Below are positions 31,201 through 40,888 of a stretch of DNA of 64,000 nucleotides, one piece after another (position 1 is the stretch's first letter; the number at the start of each line of letters is the position of its first letter). The DNA comes from Trueperaceae bacterium. GTDB lineage: Bacteria > Deinococcota > Deinococci > Deinococcales > Trueperaceae. The notes under the pieces are model-generated. The model had not been told where the DNA came from. It searched no databases and saw only the letters and a list, made by a program, of their open reading frames with translations. The translations under genes and the position numbers were made by a program. The DNA lies in assembly GCA_965215565.1 (NCBI GenBank), contig CBDCDZ010000004.1, positions 2,240,001 to 2,304,000 on the forward strand, in the 5' to 3' direction.

Positions 31201-32043
31201 ATGGATTTAGACGCAACCTTATCCCCTATCATCGAACGTTTTTCAGGACGAGTGAGCGTCGCCTTGCAACGCAATTCAGACGGCTTCTCCTACACGCATA
31301 ACGCCACCCAAACGATGAGCGCCGCCAGCCTCATCAAACTGCCCATCCTCGTGGGGACGCTCGAGCAAGTAGCGGGGGGGAGGCTCGAGCTTACGACCCG
31401 CTACGAACTCAAAGAGGAAGAGCAGGTAAGTGGCTCGGGCGTGCTGCACGTGCTCCAGCCGGGACTACTTCTCACCTTACGCGACCTCTTGACCCTCATG
31501 ATCGTCGTCAGCGACAACACCGCGACGAATATGCTCATTGACATTGCAGGGCGAGAGCGCGTGAACGACTTCTGCGGACGCGCCGGGTTGCGCCAGACCT
31601 ACCTCGTCGGCAAGCTGCAACTGCCCGAAGAAAAGCGCAATGAGGAGCAAAGGCGCGGCGGCAATAACGTCACATGTGCGGCGGACGTGCTCGGGCTGCT
31701 GACCTCTTTGCAGCGCGGCGACCTCTTGCCGCCAGAGCTGACGGCGTTAGCCGTAAAGATTCTCAAAAAGCAGCAGTTCACCGAAGCGTTGGCGCGGTAC
31801 TTGCCGACGGACGCGGAACTTCATTCGGACGCCGTGAGCGTCGCGTCGAAGAGCGGGTGCATACGCGGCGTGTGGCACGACGCGGGCGTCGTCTACGACG
31901 CTTCGGACCGCCCTCTTTACACGCTCGTTGTGATGACCTCGGAGTCGGAAGACAGGTCATTCAGCTTCGAGCAGGAGGGGATGCTGCTGATTGCGGAGGT
32001 CTCGAGGCGCGTGTTCGAGTTTATCCGGGAGGACGCTTTATGA
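31201..32043 (+). CDS. Serine hydrolase, class A beta-lactamase-like fold
   Basis: ASLIK (SxxK), SDN and KSG motifs. Confidence 0.9.
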   Translation: MDLDATLSPIIERFSGRVSVALQRNSDGFSYTHNATQTMSAASLIKLPILVGTLEQVAGGRLELTTRYELKEEEQVSGSGVLHVLQPGLLLTLRDLLTLMIVVSDNTATNMLIDIAGRERVNDFCGRAGLRQTYLVGKLQLPEEKRNEEQRRGGNNVTCAADVLGLLTSLQRGDLLPPELTALAVKILKKQQFTEALARYLPTDAELHSDAVSVASKSGCIRGVWHDAGVVYDASDRPLYTLVVMTSESEDRSFSFEQEGMLLIAEVSRRVFEFIREDAL

Positions 32044-32429
32044 GCGAACGCCGTTTCATCACCCAGGGTCTGGGCTTGCCCCGCTGGAGCAACCCTATCA
32101 GCCACGCAGTCGTGGTAGGAAAGACCTGCTACGTCAGCGGACAGCTTTCTGTGAGCGAAGCAGGCGAATATGTTGCTGGAAGCTACCGAGAGGAAGCAGA
32201 AAGAGCCTTCTCTAACTTCTTCGCTGCGCTCGGCGCGGCTGGGTTTTCTCGAGACGAAGTCGTCTTTATCGATATCGCCTTTGCGGACCTCGCGCAACTC
32301 GGTGAGGTCAACGACCTCTTCATCGACCTCTTCCCCGAAGGACGCCGACCCGCTAGGACGATTTACGAAGCGGCGGCGCTCCCTTTCGGCGGCAAAGTCA
32401 AGGTGACGGGCACGGCAGTTAAAGATTAG
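32040..32429 (+). CDS. RidA/YjgF family protein
   Basis: SHAVVVGKTCYVSGQL...PART..AAALP; ATGA overlap with the upstream gene. Confidence 0.88.
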   Translation: MSERRFITQGLGLPRWSNPISHAVVVGKTCYVSGQLSVSEAGEYVAGSYREEAERAFSNFFAALGAAGFSRDEVVFIDIAFADLAQLGEVNDLFIDLFPEGRRPARTIYEAAALPFGGKVKVTGTAVKD

Positions 32430-32574
32430 CCCTGTGAATAGCGTCAGACGTACGTCGAAGAGGCAAACGAGTAGGCAGTGATAGAACGTAGAGATGACGC
32501 AAGATGAAGAATCTATGAGCTGCGCGTGCGCTCTGAACAGCCGCCTTGTACGGCGGCTTGCTAGACTGAGATTC

Positions 32575-33126
32575 ATGCTCCGACTTAGTTTACTTAGCCT
32601 CACGCTGCTCGCCCTTCTTGCGGGATGCGCGCCGAGCACATTTTCCAGCGTGCAGAGCGTCCCGCCGCCCCAGGTGGACGCCGACGCCTGGGAGCGCCTC
32701 ACCTACAGTATGGGGGACGACCTGGCCTCCTCGAGCCTCCGCGAAGGCGCGCTCAGCCTCCAACCGGTGCGCCTCACCGACGAGGGCGAGAGCTACCGCC
32801 TGCGCGTGGACTACTGGGGCGACACTTGGCTTCTGATTCCGCCCGGTCCCTCCTTACGCCTCACTATAGACGGACGCCCGTTGGTGCTTTCGGGTTTAGG
32901 CAGCAGCGGCGGGCGCGGCGTGCGCACCATCAGCGCCTACGCCAGACGCTATGAGCGCGCGGAATATCCGGTCTCTTTAGACCTACTTGGGCAACTCAGC
33001 CAGGCGAATATCGTCGGCGTGACGGTGACGGGCTCGAGGGACTTAGAGCGCATCTTAGACCGGCGCGACCTGGAGCGCTTCGTCACCTTTTACACGCAGG
33101 TCAGCGCGACGAGCCAGCGGAAGTAG
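32575..33126 (+). CDS. Hypothetical lipoprotein
   Basis: Signal peptide with lipobox LLAGC; TAGACT 7 nt upstream of ATG. Confidence 0.7.
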   Translation: MLRLSLLSLTLLALLAGCAPSTFSSVQSVPPPQVDADAWERLTYSMGDDLASSSLREGALSLQPVRLTDEGESYRLRVDYWGDTWLLIPPGPSLRLTIDGRPLVLSGLGSSGGRGVRTISAYARRYERAEYPVSLDLLGQLSQANIVGVTVTGSRDLERILDRRDLERFVTFYTQVSATSQRK

Positions 33127-33269
33127 CATTACCGCGTTCTTCGCGCATAGCGGACTTTGAGTCCACAGCGGCACGCCCAATTTGCCAACTTTTTGCTATA
33201 GTCAGCTTAGCGTATGTGAACGTCAGTAACCGAGTTGCAAAAGATGTAGCGCCGAAGTGAGGTAGCCCG

Positions 33270-34526
33270 ATGACCGTAACCGAACCCAAACCCAACACCT
33301 TACATATCAGCACCGCAGAGCGCGACGACGCGCTCTTCTCCCTCATCGACCAGGAATACGCGCGTCAGCGTGACGGCTTAGAACTCATCGCCTCGGAGAA
33401 CTTCACCTCGCAGGCGGTGATGGAAGCCGTCGGCAGCGTCCTGACCAACAAATACGCCGAGGGCTACCCCGGCAAGCGCTACTACGGCGGCTGCGAAGTC
33501 GTGGATGAGGTCGAGCGCTTAGCGATTGACCGCGCCAAGGAACTCTTCGGTGCAGCCTGGGCGAACGTGCAACCGCACTCGGGCTCGACGGCGAACTTCG
33601 TCATCTTCCACACCTTTTTGGAGCCCGGCGATACCATCATGGGCATGGACCTCTCACACGGCGGTCACTTGACGCACGGCAGCCCCGTCAACCTCTCGGG
33701 CATCCTCTTCAACGTCGTCTCTTACGGTGTGGACGAAGAGACCGAGCGCATTGACTACGAGGCGGCGCGAGAACTCGCCAAAGAACACAAACCGAAGCTC
33801 ATCATCTGCGGCGCAACGGCGTACAGCCGCGAGGTAGATTTTGCGAAGTTCCGCGAGATCGCTGACGAAGTCGGCGCGACTTTACTCGCGGATGTCTCAC
33901 ACATCTCTGGGCTCATCGCGGGCGGCGTCCACCCGAGCCCGCTGCCCCACGCGCACGTCACCATGACGACGACGCACAAGAGCTTGCGTGGTCCGCGCAG
34001 CGCCATCATTCTCTCCAACGACGAGGAGATCGGCAAGCGCATCGACAAGATGATCTTCCCCGGCTCACAGGGCGGACCCTTAGAACACGTCGTCGCAGGC
34101 AAAGCCGTGGCGTTCTTTGAAGCCCTCCAGCCCGAATTCAAGACCTACGCGCAGCAGATTGTCAAAAACGCGCAGGCACTCGCGAGCGCCCTTCAGGAGA
34201 GAGGCTACCGCGTCGTCTCAGGCGGCACGGACAACCACAACTTCCTCTTGGACCTCACGCCCAAAGACATGAGCGGTAAAAAGGCGCAGAACGTCCTCGA
34301 CGAAGCGGGCATCACCGTCAACAAAAACACCATCCCTTTCGACACGCGCTCGCCTTTCGTGACCTCGGGCGTCCGCATCGGCACGCCCGCCTTGACTACA
34401 AGAGGGATGAAAGAGGACGAGATGCGCACCGTCGCGGCGTTTATCGACCGGACGCTTTCGGGCGAGAGCCCCGAGACGATTCGCGCCGAGGTTAAAGCGT
34501 TCGCTCAGCAATATCCGATGCCCTAA
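33270..34526 (+). CDS. glyA: Serine hydroxymethyltransferase
   Basis: [34 protein letters not shown]. Confidence 0.98.
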   Translation: MTVTEPKPNTLHISTAERDDALFSLIDQEYARQRDGLELIASENFTSQAVMEAVGSVLTNKYAEGYPGKRYYGGCEVVDEVERLAIDRAKELFGAAWANVQPHSGSTANFVIFHTFLEPGDTIMGMDLSHGGHLTHGSPVNLSGILFNVVSYGVDEETERIDYEAARELAKEHKPKLIICGATAYSREVDFAKFREIADEVGATLLADVSHISGLIAGGVHPSPLPHAHVTMTTTHKSLRGPRSAIILSNDEEIGKRIDKMIFPGSQGGPLEHVVAGKAVAFFEALQPEFKTYAQQIVKNAQALASALQERGYRVVSGGTDNHNFLLDLTPKDMSGKKAQNVLDEAGITVNKNTIPFDTRSPFVTSGVRIGTPALTTRGMKEDEMRTVAAFIDRTLSGESPETIRAEVKAFAQQYPMP

Positions 34527-34611
34527 AAGCAGTTGAAAGCAACGAGCAATGAGTTGAAAGTAAAAGTCAAAGACCTTTAACTCATTGCTCATTGCTCGGA
34601 ACTCATTGCTC
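34527..34611. repeat. GAGCAAT/ATTGCTC heptamer-repeat hairpin
   Basis: AAGCAACGAGCAATGAGTT...AACTCATTGCTCATTGCTC. Confidence 0.8.
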
Positions 34612-34613
34612 TT

Positions 34614-35255
34614 ATGATGTTTGAGTTGGATCATTTAGTCGTTGCGGCGCGAGACTTGGACGAGGGTACTGCTTTCGTCCAGGACCTTCTAGGTATGCCG
34701 CTAGAACCTGGCGGCAAACACACCGCAATGGGGACGCACAACTGTCTGCTCAACTTGGGAGATGGGGCGTACTTAGAGGTCATCACCACTGACCCAGACG
34801 CACCTGCCCCTGATAGACCCCATTGGTTTGGTATGGATACGCAAGAGGTTAAACGAAAGTTAGAAGCGGGACCGATACTGCTTCATTGGGTGGCTCGAGC
34901 GAAAAAAGATATCACTCTTCAAAATACCGACATTTCCGAGGACATCTTCGGGCGCGTCACGCCGATGCAGCGCGGCGACCTGAACTGGCTCATCACGGTT
35001 CCTGATGACGGGCATCTGCCGGGAGACGGCGTCATCCCGACGCTCATTGATTGGGGCGGTGCGCCGCACCCGACGACGAAGTTGCCAGATAGAGGGCTGA
35101 AGCTCGTTCAGCTACGCGGGTTCCATCCGAGACCGGGAGAGGTGAGAGGCGTGCTTGCTGAGTTGGGTTTGGAAGGGGTTATCGAGCTTTGCGAGGGTGA
35201 GGTAGGGCTCGAGGCTGACACCAAAACATCGAACGGCGTTGTGACGCTCCGGTAG
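34614..35255 (+). CDS. VOC (glyoxalase-like) family protein
   Basis: LDHLVVA, GGKH..MGTHN, YLEVI, PTLIDW. Confidence 0.85.
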   Translation: MMFELDHLVVAARDLDEGTAFVQDLLGMPLEPGGKHTAMGTHNCLLNLGDGAYLEVITTDPDAPAPDRPHWFGMDTQEVKRKLEAGPILLHWVARAKKDITLQNTDISEDIFGRVTPMQRGDLNWLITVPDDGHLPGDGVIPTLIDWGGAPHPTTKLPDRGLKLVQLRGFHPRPGEVRGVLAELGLEGVIELCEGEVGLEADTKTSNGVVTLR

Positions 35256-35353
35256 GTATGATTCAGCGATACATAACGTGCTCCTACGCTGTCCGCATCA
35301 TACTCGAGCTTTGCGCTTATCCGTTGGCTGTAAGAAGTTTCAGTACCAAGCTA

Positions 35354-35408
35354 TCAGCCGTTAGCGTTTAGCTGTTAGCAAAGGATTTTTGGCTAATACC
35401 TAAGCGCT
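35354..35408. repeat. TTAGCnn heptamer-repeat hairpin (family 2)
   Basis: TCAGCCGTTAGCGTTTAGCTGTTAGC...GCTAATACCTAAGCGCT. Confidence 0.6.
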
Positions 35409-35464
35409 TTGAGTTGAGACACTGCGCTTGGAACGGCGTGATGTGTTCTTGCAAGACCTGAGTA

Positions 35465-36697
35465 TCACCCCTTTACTTTCGCATGATGCTTTCCTAGAAT
35501 CACATACGCTAGAGCTGCCCCAGGCAGCAAAAAAGCGTATCCGATCAAGATCGCAGGCGTGAGCCCGAGCGCGCTCTGGAGCGCGCCCATCCCCAGGTAG
35601 AGCACGCCCGCCGTGCCCCACGTCAACCCCATCAGCATCCCCGACGCGGTGGCCACCGCGTGCGGCGCGAGGTCTTGCGCGCTCACGACTAAAAGCGGAA
35701 TCGCCGCGTTCGCCATCAAACCGGCGAGCGCCACATTGACGAAGAAGAGGGCTGAGCCCGTCGGTACGAAGAGCGTGGTTGCCATCAAGGGTAGCGCCAA
35801 GAGGATGCTGCCGACGACCAACAAGCGGCGGCTCACCTTGTCATCTAGCGCACCTGAAATCACCACGCCTAAAGCCGCCGCCGCGTTATAAACGCCCAAC
35901 GTCCAACCGATCATCACGCTGTCGCGTGCAAATCCTTGCGCGACCAACCAAAGCGGCATCGCGTTGAGAAAGGTGACGTACGCGAGCGAACGCAGTACGC
36001 CCACCGCGCAGAGCACGCCGATGGGTCCCATGAAGAGGTCTAAGTCGAAGAGTTTGGAGCGCTTGTGTGCGGGCGACCGCTCTTGAGGCGGCGCGAAAAG
36101 GAGGAGCACCAGCCCGATGAGCACGCCCGGAACCGCGAGGTAGGGCACCGCACCCGTGCCGTAGTTGGCAATCACCGCCAGCACGACCACAGGCGCAACC
36201 GCCGAGCCGAAGGGTCCGCCCGCCGTAAAGACGCCGACGCTCAGCCCCTCGCGCCGACTCGCCGCTCTCACCATCGAACTCGCCGCCGGGTGAAACGCCG
36301 CCGAGCCGAGCCCACCCACTGCCAAGAGGAGCACCAGCACCCACACGCTCGGCGCAACCGCCAAGAGGCTCATCAAAACCGAACCCACGATGAGCCCGAG
36401 CGCCGCTAATCGCCGTTTGCCCCAGCGGTCCGAAAGCGCGCCCATGACGGGTTGCAGCACGTTCGATGAGATAGAGACCACCGCGACGAAGCTCGCCAGG
36501 GCCGTTTCGCTCAGGGTAAAGCGAGCTTGCAGCGTCGGCAGCAAGACCGACAAGATGTTGGCGAAGGCGTCGTTGGCGCTGTGCGCGAGGACCAAGAGGA
36601 GCGAGAGCCCCGTGCCCGTGATGACGGTACTGCGGCTCGAAACGTCCCCACTAGATTGTGCAGCTTCGGCAGATTTTGTAATGGACTTAGGGGGCAT
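35465..36697 (-). CDS. MFS transporter (Fsr-like)
   Basis: AHSANDA, QPVMGALSDRWG, AAFHP; ~12 TM; start 5 nt after TAAAGT. Confidence 0.88.
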   Translation of the reverse strand: MPPKSITKSAEAAQSSGDVSSRSTVITGTGLSLLLVLAHSANDAFANILSVLLPTLQARFTLSETALASFVAVVSISSNVLQPVMGALSDRWGKRRLAALGLIVGSVLMSLLAVAPSVWVLVLLLAVGGLGSAAFHPAASSMVRAASRREGLSVGVFTAGGPFGSAVAPVVVLAVIANYGTGAVPYLAVPGVLIGLVLLLFAPPQERSPAHKRSKLFDLDLFMGPIGVLCAVGVLRSLAYVTFLNAMPLWLVAQGFARDSVMIGWTLGVYNAAAALGVVISGALDDKVSRRLLVVGSILLALPLMATTLFVPTGSALFFVNVALAGLMANAAIPLLVVSAQDLAPHAVATASGMLMGLTWGTAGVLYLGMGALQSALGLTPAILIGYAFLLPGAALAYVILGKHHAKVKG

Positions 36698-36793
36698 AAA
36701 ACACTTTACGGCGGTAGAGAGGTGGAGCATGAAGGTCAAGCGTCATTGCAGTATAAAGCTCGAGACCCTGCCCAAAACCTCTAAGGTGTAAAT

Positions 36794-37294
36794 GTGGACG
36801 TAACCTACCGCAAGCTGCTACCTGCTGACGCGAAGCGCTACCGAGCTGTTAGGTTGGAAAGCTTGCAGCAGCACCCCGAGAGCTTCTGCGCCAACGTTGA
36901 AGAACAAAGAGCGCTTCCAGAGTTGAGATTTGAGACGTTCATTAAACAGCGCGACCCCCGTCACTTCATCGTAGGCGCGTTCAGCCGGGGCGACCTTATC
37001 GGCATCTGCGGCTTCGCGGAAGATGACGCTGCGCCAAAAGGAACTGGAACGCTCATTCAGATGTACGTTCGGAGCGCATTTGGCGGGCAAAAAGTCGGTC
37101 TGGGTCTCGTGCGAGCTACGCTCGGTGAGGCGTTCGCGCTACCAGAGATTGAGCGTGTAATGCTCGAGGTCAAAAAGGGCAACCGCCGCGCTGTTCACGT
37201 TTACGAGCAAACAGGATTTCTAACGGTTGACAGAGAAGAGAATGAGCCTACCCGTGACGACACTCGGCTTATGGTCATTCACGCTCAGCGTTAG
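36794..37294 (+). CDS. GNAT N-acetyltransferase
   Basis: MYVRSAFGGQKVG; NRRAVHVYEQTGF. Confidence 0.88.
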   Translation: MDVTYRKLLPADAKRYRAVRLESLQQHPESFCANVEEQRALPELRFETFIKQRDPRHFIVGAFSRGDLIGICGFAEDDAAPKGTGTLIQMYVRSAFGGQKVGLGLVRATLGEAFALPEIERVMLEVKKGNRRAVHVYEQTGFLTVDREENEPTRDDTRLMVIHAQR

Positions 37295-37397
37295 GGGTGC
37301 AAAAGCCGGTTCTAAGCCCAAAGTCCTAGCAGTACCTGGGGTTAAAGACCGATGGAACCTCCCCGGCAGGAGCCTAAACTCGAGCTAGGAGGTCATC

Positions 37398-37448
37398 ATG
37401 ACAGATCGAATTGGCAATTTCTTTGAACGGCGAAGAGGTCGCACGTGA
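37398..37448 (+). CDS. Putative 16-aa leader peptide MTDRIGNFFERRRGRT
   Basis: AGGAGGT SD at 37387; stop overlaps the SDR start (GTGA). Confidence 0.5.
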   Translation: MTDRIGNFFERRRGRT

Positions 37449-38161
37449 GCCGGGTTGCCCTCGTCACCGGCTCGAGCCTCGGCTTAGGCTTTACTCTAGC
37501 GGACTTTTTGGCGGCGCAAGGCTACGACTTGGTGCTGACCGCGAGAAACGAAGAGGTTTTAGAGGATAGCGCAGCTAAGATTAGAGGCGCAGCAAGAGGT
37601 CGCGTGATCGCGCTTGCAGGCGACGTGAGCGAGGCGGCGCACCGGAAGGCGCTTATAGACAAAGTCGCAGAACTCGGCGGGCTGGACCTGCTCGTCAACA
37701 ACGCTTCGGATTTGGGACCGAGCCCGCTCCCTCATCTGAAAGATTATCCGCTGGAGAGGCTCGAGCGGCTCTACCACGTCAACGTCTTTGCACCGCTTGG
37801 GCTTATTCAAGGCGCGTTGCCTCTGCTCAGAGATGACGGGCTGATTGTGAACCTCTCCTCGGACGCGGCACGGGGCGCTTACGAGGGCTGGGGCGGGTAC
37901 GGGTCCAGCAAAGCCGCTTTGGACCTCTTGACCGCAACCCTCGTCAACGAAGGCGTGCGTGCGGTGAGCGTCGACCCCGGCGACATGCGCACCGCAATGC
38001 ACCAGGCCGCCTTTCCGGGCGAGGACATCTCAGACCGCCCGCTTCCCGAAGTGACGCTGCCTTTTTGGGCGTGGCTCTTGGGGCAAGACCCTAAAGAGGT
38101 CAGTGGAGGGCGCTTCCAGGCGCAAGGCGAGCGGTGGGAAGTGAAAGCGGTGTCGGCATGA
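37445..38161 (+). CDS. SDR family oxidoreductase
   Basis: TGSSLGLG, NNAS, YGSSK. Confidence 0.92.
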   Translation: MSRVALVTGSSLGLGFTLADFLAAQGYDLVLTARNEEVLEDSAAKIRGAARGRVIALAGDVSEAAHRKALIDKVAELGGLDLLVNNASDLGPSPLPHLKDYPLERLERLYHVNVFAPLGLIQGALPLLRDDGLIVNLSSDAARGAYEGWGGYGSSKAALDLLTATLVNEGVRAVSVDPGDMRTAMHQAAFPGEDISDRPLPEVTLPFWAWLLGQDPKEVSGGRFQAQGERWEVKAVSA

Positions 38162-39285
38162 AGTTAGCGGAGTTGGACTTCCCTAGACCGGCGGCCCTCC
38201 AAGCCACCGAGCCCGCCGAGTTTCGCCCGGACGTCAAAGCGCGCGACGGCGTGCGGCTCCTCGTCAGCGCGCAGGCGGGCGCACGGAGCACGCATCACCA
38301 CAGCCGCTTCGCGAATCTGGCGAACTTTTTAGACGTGGGCGATTTGCTCGTCGTGAACCGCAGCGCCACGCTCCCCGCGAGTTTGAGCGCCGAAGGGCGC
38401 GTCGGTCCTTTTATCCTCAACCTCTCGACGCGCTATAGCCTCGGAACGGGTGACACGAACGGTAGAGCGGAGGTGTGGCTCGCCGAACCGAGGTGGCGCT
38501 ATGACCGCCCCGGACCGCTGCCCCTTAAAGCAGGCGAGCCTATCCGCGTGGCAAATTTAGAAGCCACCTTGCTCCGACCTCACCCGGGGCTGCCGAGGCT
38601 GTGGTTCGTCAGGTTGGAAGGTGACGTGTCCGCCACCATGCAGCGTTACGGTGAGCCGATTCGCTACGGCTATGTGGAGAAACCCTACCCCCTCTCTACG
38701 TACCAAACCATTTTTGCCGATACGCCAGACACGACTACAGGTAGCGCTGAAATGCCCTCCGCCGCGCGACCTTTCAGCGAGAAAGTCTTGGCGTGTCTGA
38801 CGAATAAAGGCGTCGGGTTGGCGAAGATCACCCTCCACACGGGCGTGAGCAGCCTCGAGCTGACCGAAAACGACATCGAAAATCACACCCTCTTCGCCGA
38901 ACCCTTCGAAGTGACACAAGAGGTGGCTGACGCAGTGAACGAAACGAGGGCGAGAGGTCAGCGCGTGATTGCGGTGGGCACTACCGTCGTGCGGGCTTTG
39001 GAGTCGGCGTGGGACGGCGCTCGTAACGGTGGTGAGGTACGTTCGGCAAGAGGGTTCACGCGGCACTACGTCCATCCGGGGCGCGGTGTGGACGCGGTGG
39101 ACGGTCTCATCAGCGGCTTTCACGATCCCAAAGCGAGCCACTTGGCGATGCTCTACGCCTTGGCGGGCAGAGACCTCATCCGGGAGGCTTACGAGGAGGC
39201 GGTGAAAGCGGGCTACTTGTGGCACGAGTTCGGTGACAGTCACTTGATACTGCCCGAGAAGAGGTCTGAACGGAGTCCGGGGTGA
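38158..39285 (+). CDS. QueA-like S-adenosylmethionine:tRNA ribosyltransferase-isomerase family protein
   Basis: YQTIFA..GSAEMPSA, TLHTG, IAVGTTVVRALES, WHEFGDSHLI; ATGA overlap with SDR. Confidence 0.85.
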   Translation: MKLAELDFPRPAALQATEPAEFRPDVKARDGVRLLVSAQAGARSTHHHSRFANLANFLDVGDLLVVNRSATLPASLSAEGRVGPFILNLSTRYSLGTGDTNGRAEVWLAEPRWRYDRPGPLPLKAGEPIRVANLEATLLRPHPGLPRLWFVRLEGDVSATMQRYGEPIRYGYVEKPYPLSTYQTIFADTPDTTTGSAEMPSAARPFSEKVLACLTNKGVGLAKITLHTGVSSLELTENDIENHTLFAEPFEVTQEVADAVNETRARGQRVIAVGTTVVRALESAWDGARNGGEVRSARGFTRHYVHPGRGVDAVDGLISGFHDPKASHLAMLYALAGRDLIREAYEEAVKAGYLWHEFGDSHLILPEKRSERSPG

Positions 39286-39689
39286 TTCAAGGGCTCGATC
39301 ACGCGGCCATCTGCGTTTCGGATATCGAGAAGTCGGTGGCGTTTTACCGCGACGTGTTGGGAATGCGAATGGTGGACTCGAGACCCCCCGAGACCTCCTC
39401 CTACCTCTGGCTCAACTTCGGTCCCGGTCAAACGCTCAACTTAACGCTCGCGCCCGAGCAAACACCGAAGGTATTAGCGGAAAAGACAGGACTCAACCTC
39501 TTTGCCCACCTCGCGTTTCGTGCGCCGAGAAACTTCTTGACGCAACTCAAACCTAAGCTCGAGCATCTCGGCGTGCTCAAACATGAGTCCGCTACCGGGC
39601 TCTACTTCACCGACCCTGACGGGAACTTTTTAGAGGTGACTTGCTGGCGCGAGCACGCACTTCAAGCGGCGGGGCAAGCGCACTGGTAA
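39282..39689 (+). CDS. VOC family protein
   Basis: LDHAAICVSDIEKSVAFYRDVLG; YFTDPDGNFLE. Confidence 0.9.
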   Translation: MIQGLDHAAICVSDIEKSVAFYRDVLGMRMVDSRPPETSSYLWLNFGPGQTLNLTLAPEQTPKVLAEKTGLNLFAHLAFRAPRNFLTQLKPKLEHLGVLKHESATGLYFTDPDGNFLEVTCWREHALQAAGQAHW

Positions 39690-39712
39690 GCTCAACATTA
39701 GGAAGGAACCTC

Positions 39713-40519
39713 ATGCCCAACTTCATCTGCATCACCTGCGGCACGCAGTTCGCCGAAACGCCCACGCCGCCCGAGCACTGCCCCATCTGTGAGGACGAGC
39801 GGCAGTACGTGAATCGCGAAGGGCAGAGGTGGACGATACTGAGCGATTTGCAGAAAGAGCATCGCAACCGGATAGAAAGGCTCGAGCCCAGCCTCACAGG
39901 TATCGGTACCAAGCCTAAGTTCGCCATCGGACAGCGAGCACTTTTGGTGCAAACGGCCGAGGGCAACCTCTTGTGGGACTGCGTCAGTCTAATTGACGAG
40001 ACGACGACTAAAGCGCTGAATGAGTTGGGCGGCGTACAAGGGATTGCGATTTCGCACCCACACTACTACAGCTCGGTAATTGAGTACGCCAGGGCCTTCC
40101 GCGCCCCCGTCTACCTCCACGCCGCCGACCGCGCGTGGGTCATGCGCTCCGGTGAAGAGACCCAGTTCTGGGACAGCGAAACAAAAGACCTCTTCGGCGG
40201 CTTGACGCTGCTGCGTTTAGGCGGACACTTCGCCGGGGGAACGGTGCTGCATTGGCGGGACGGCGCAGGCGGACGCGGCGCGCTCCTCACGGACGACATC
40301 ATCCAGGTGATTCCAGACAGGCGCTTTGTCAGCTTCATGTACAGCTATCCGAACCTCATCCCGCTGCCTGCCAGGAAGGTCAGGCATATTGCCGAAAGCG
40401 TCGAACCGCTCAAATTCACCCGCATCTACGGCGCTTGGTGGGACGCGGTAGTTGAAGAGGACGCGAAAGAGGCGGTGCGACGCTCGGCAGAGCGTTACAT
40501 TGGGGCGATTGAGCCGTGA
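39713..40519 (+). CDS. MBL-fold metallo-hydrolase with N-terminal Cys motif
   Basis: CITCG...CPICEDERQY; ISHPHYY; GGHF. Confidence 0.88.
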   Translation: MPNFICITCGTQFAETPTPPEHCPICEDERQYVNREGQRWTILSDLQKEHRNRIERLEPSLTGIGTKPKFAIGQRALLVQTAEGNLLWDCVSLIDETTTKALNELGGVQGIAISHPHYYSSVIEYARAFRAPVYLHAADRAWVMRSGEETQFWDSETKDLFGGLTLLRLGGHFAGGTVLHWRDGAGGRGALLTDDIIQVIPDRRFVSFMYSYPNLIPLPARKVRHIAESVEPLKFTRIYGAWWDAVVEEDAKEAVRRSAERYIGAIEP

Positions 40520-40879
40520 TTGAGGCAAGTTTTGCGAGTTGGATGCAACGTTTGGGAGAACCGCGACGCCCAAGCTGCTGCCAACCTCTTCAGCGCGGGC
40601 GTACGCTATCAAGAAAATCCTTTCGACGAACCGCTTAGAGGGCGCGAAGAGGTCCAAAGGTATTGGCAAGAGATGATCGCGGGGCAAGAAGAGGTCAGCG
40701 TGTCGTTTGAAGCTATGGCAGTGACGGCTGAGCGAGCCGTGGTCAACTGGCAAACGCGCTACATGGATGTCGAGACTCGAGAACGAGCCGTAGTCAACGG
40801 CGTGAGCGTCGGAAGGTTTGGCAGCGAAGGGTTGTGTGAGGAGTGGCTCGAGTGGTGGCAAAAACGAAAGCAAGCGTAA
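40516..40879 (+). CDS. NTF2/SnoaL-like protein, apparently frameshifted near the 5' end
   Basis: WENRDAQAAANLF..YQENPF...GREEVQRYW in one frame; natural N-terminus MIEASFASWMQRLG in another frame. Confidence 0.65.
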
Positions 40880-40888
40880 GCTAAGAGG

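Noticed and set aside
31674..32039. 5' extension of the 251-aa ORF 31674..32429
   Set aside because: Overlaps the serine hydrolase in another frame; the RidA domain starts at the ATG at 32040.
31201..32043. Functional beta-lactamase resistance gene
   Set aside because: No signal peptide and no clear omega-loop Glu; only the fold family is supported.
33127..33269. ZTP or glycine riboswitch upstream of glyA
   Set aside because: Could not find the conserved cores by eye (e.g. GACUGGCG...CGCCUGGG).
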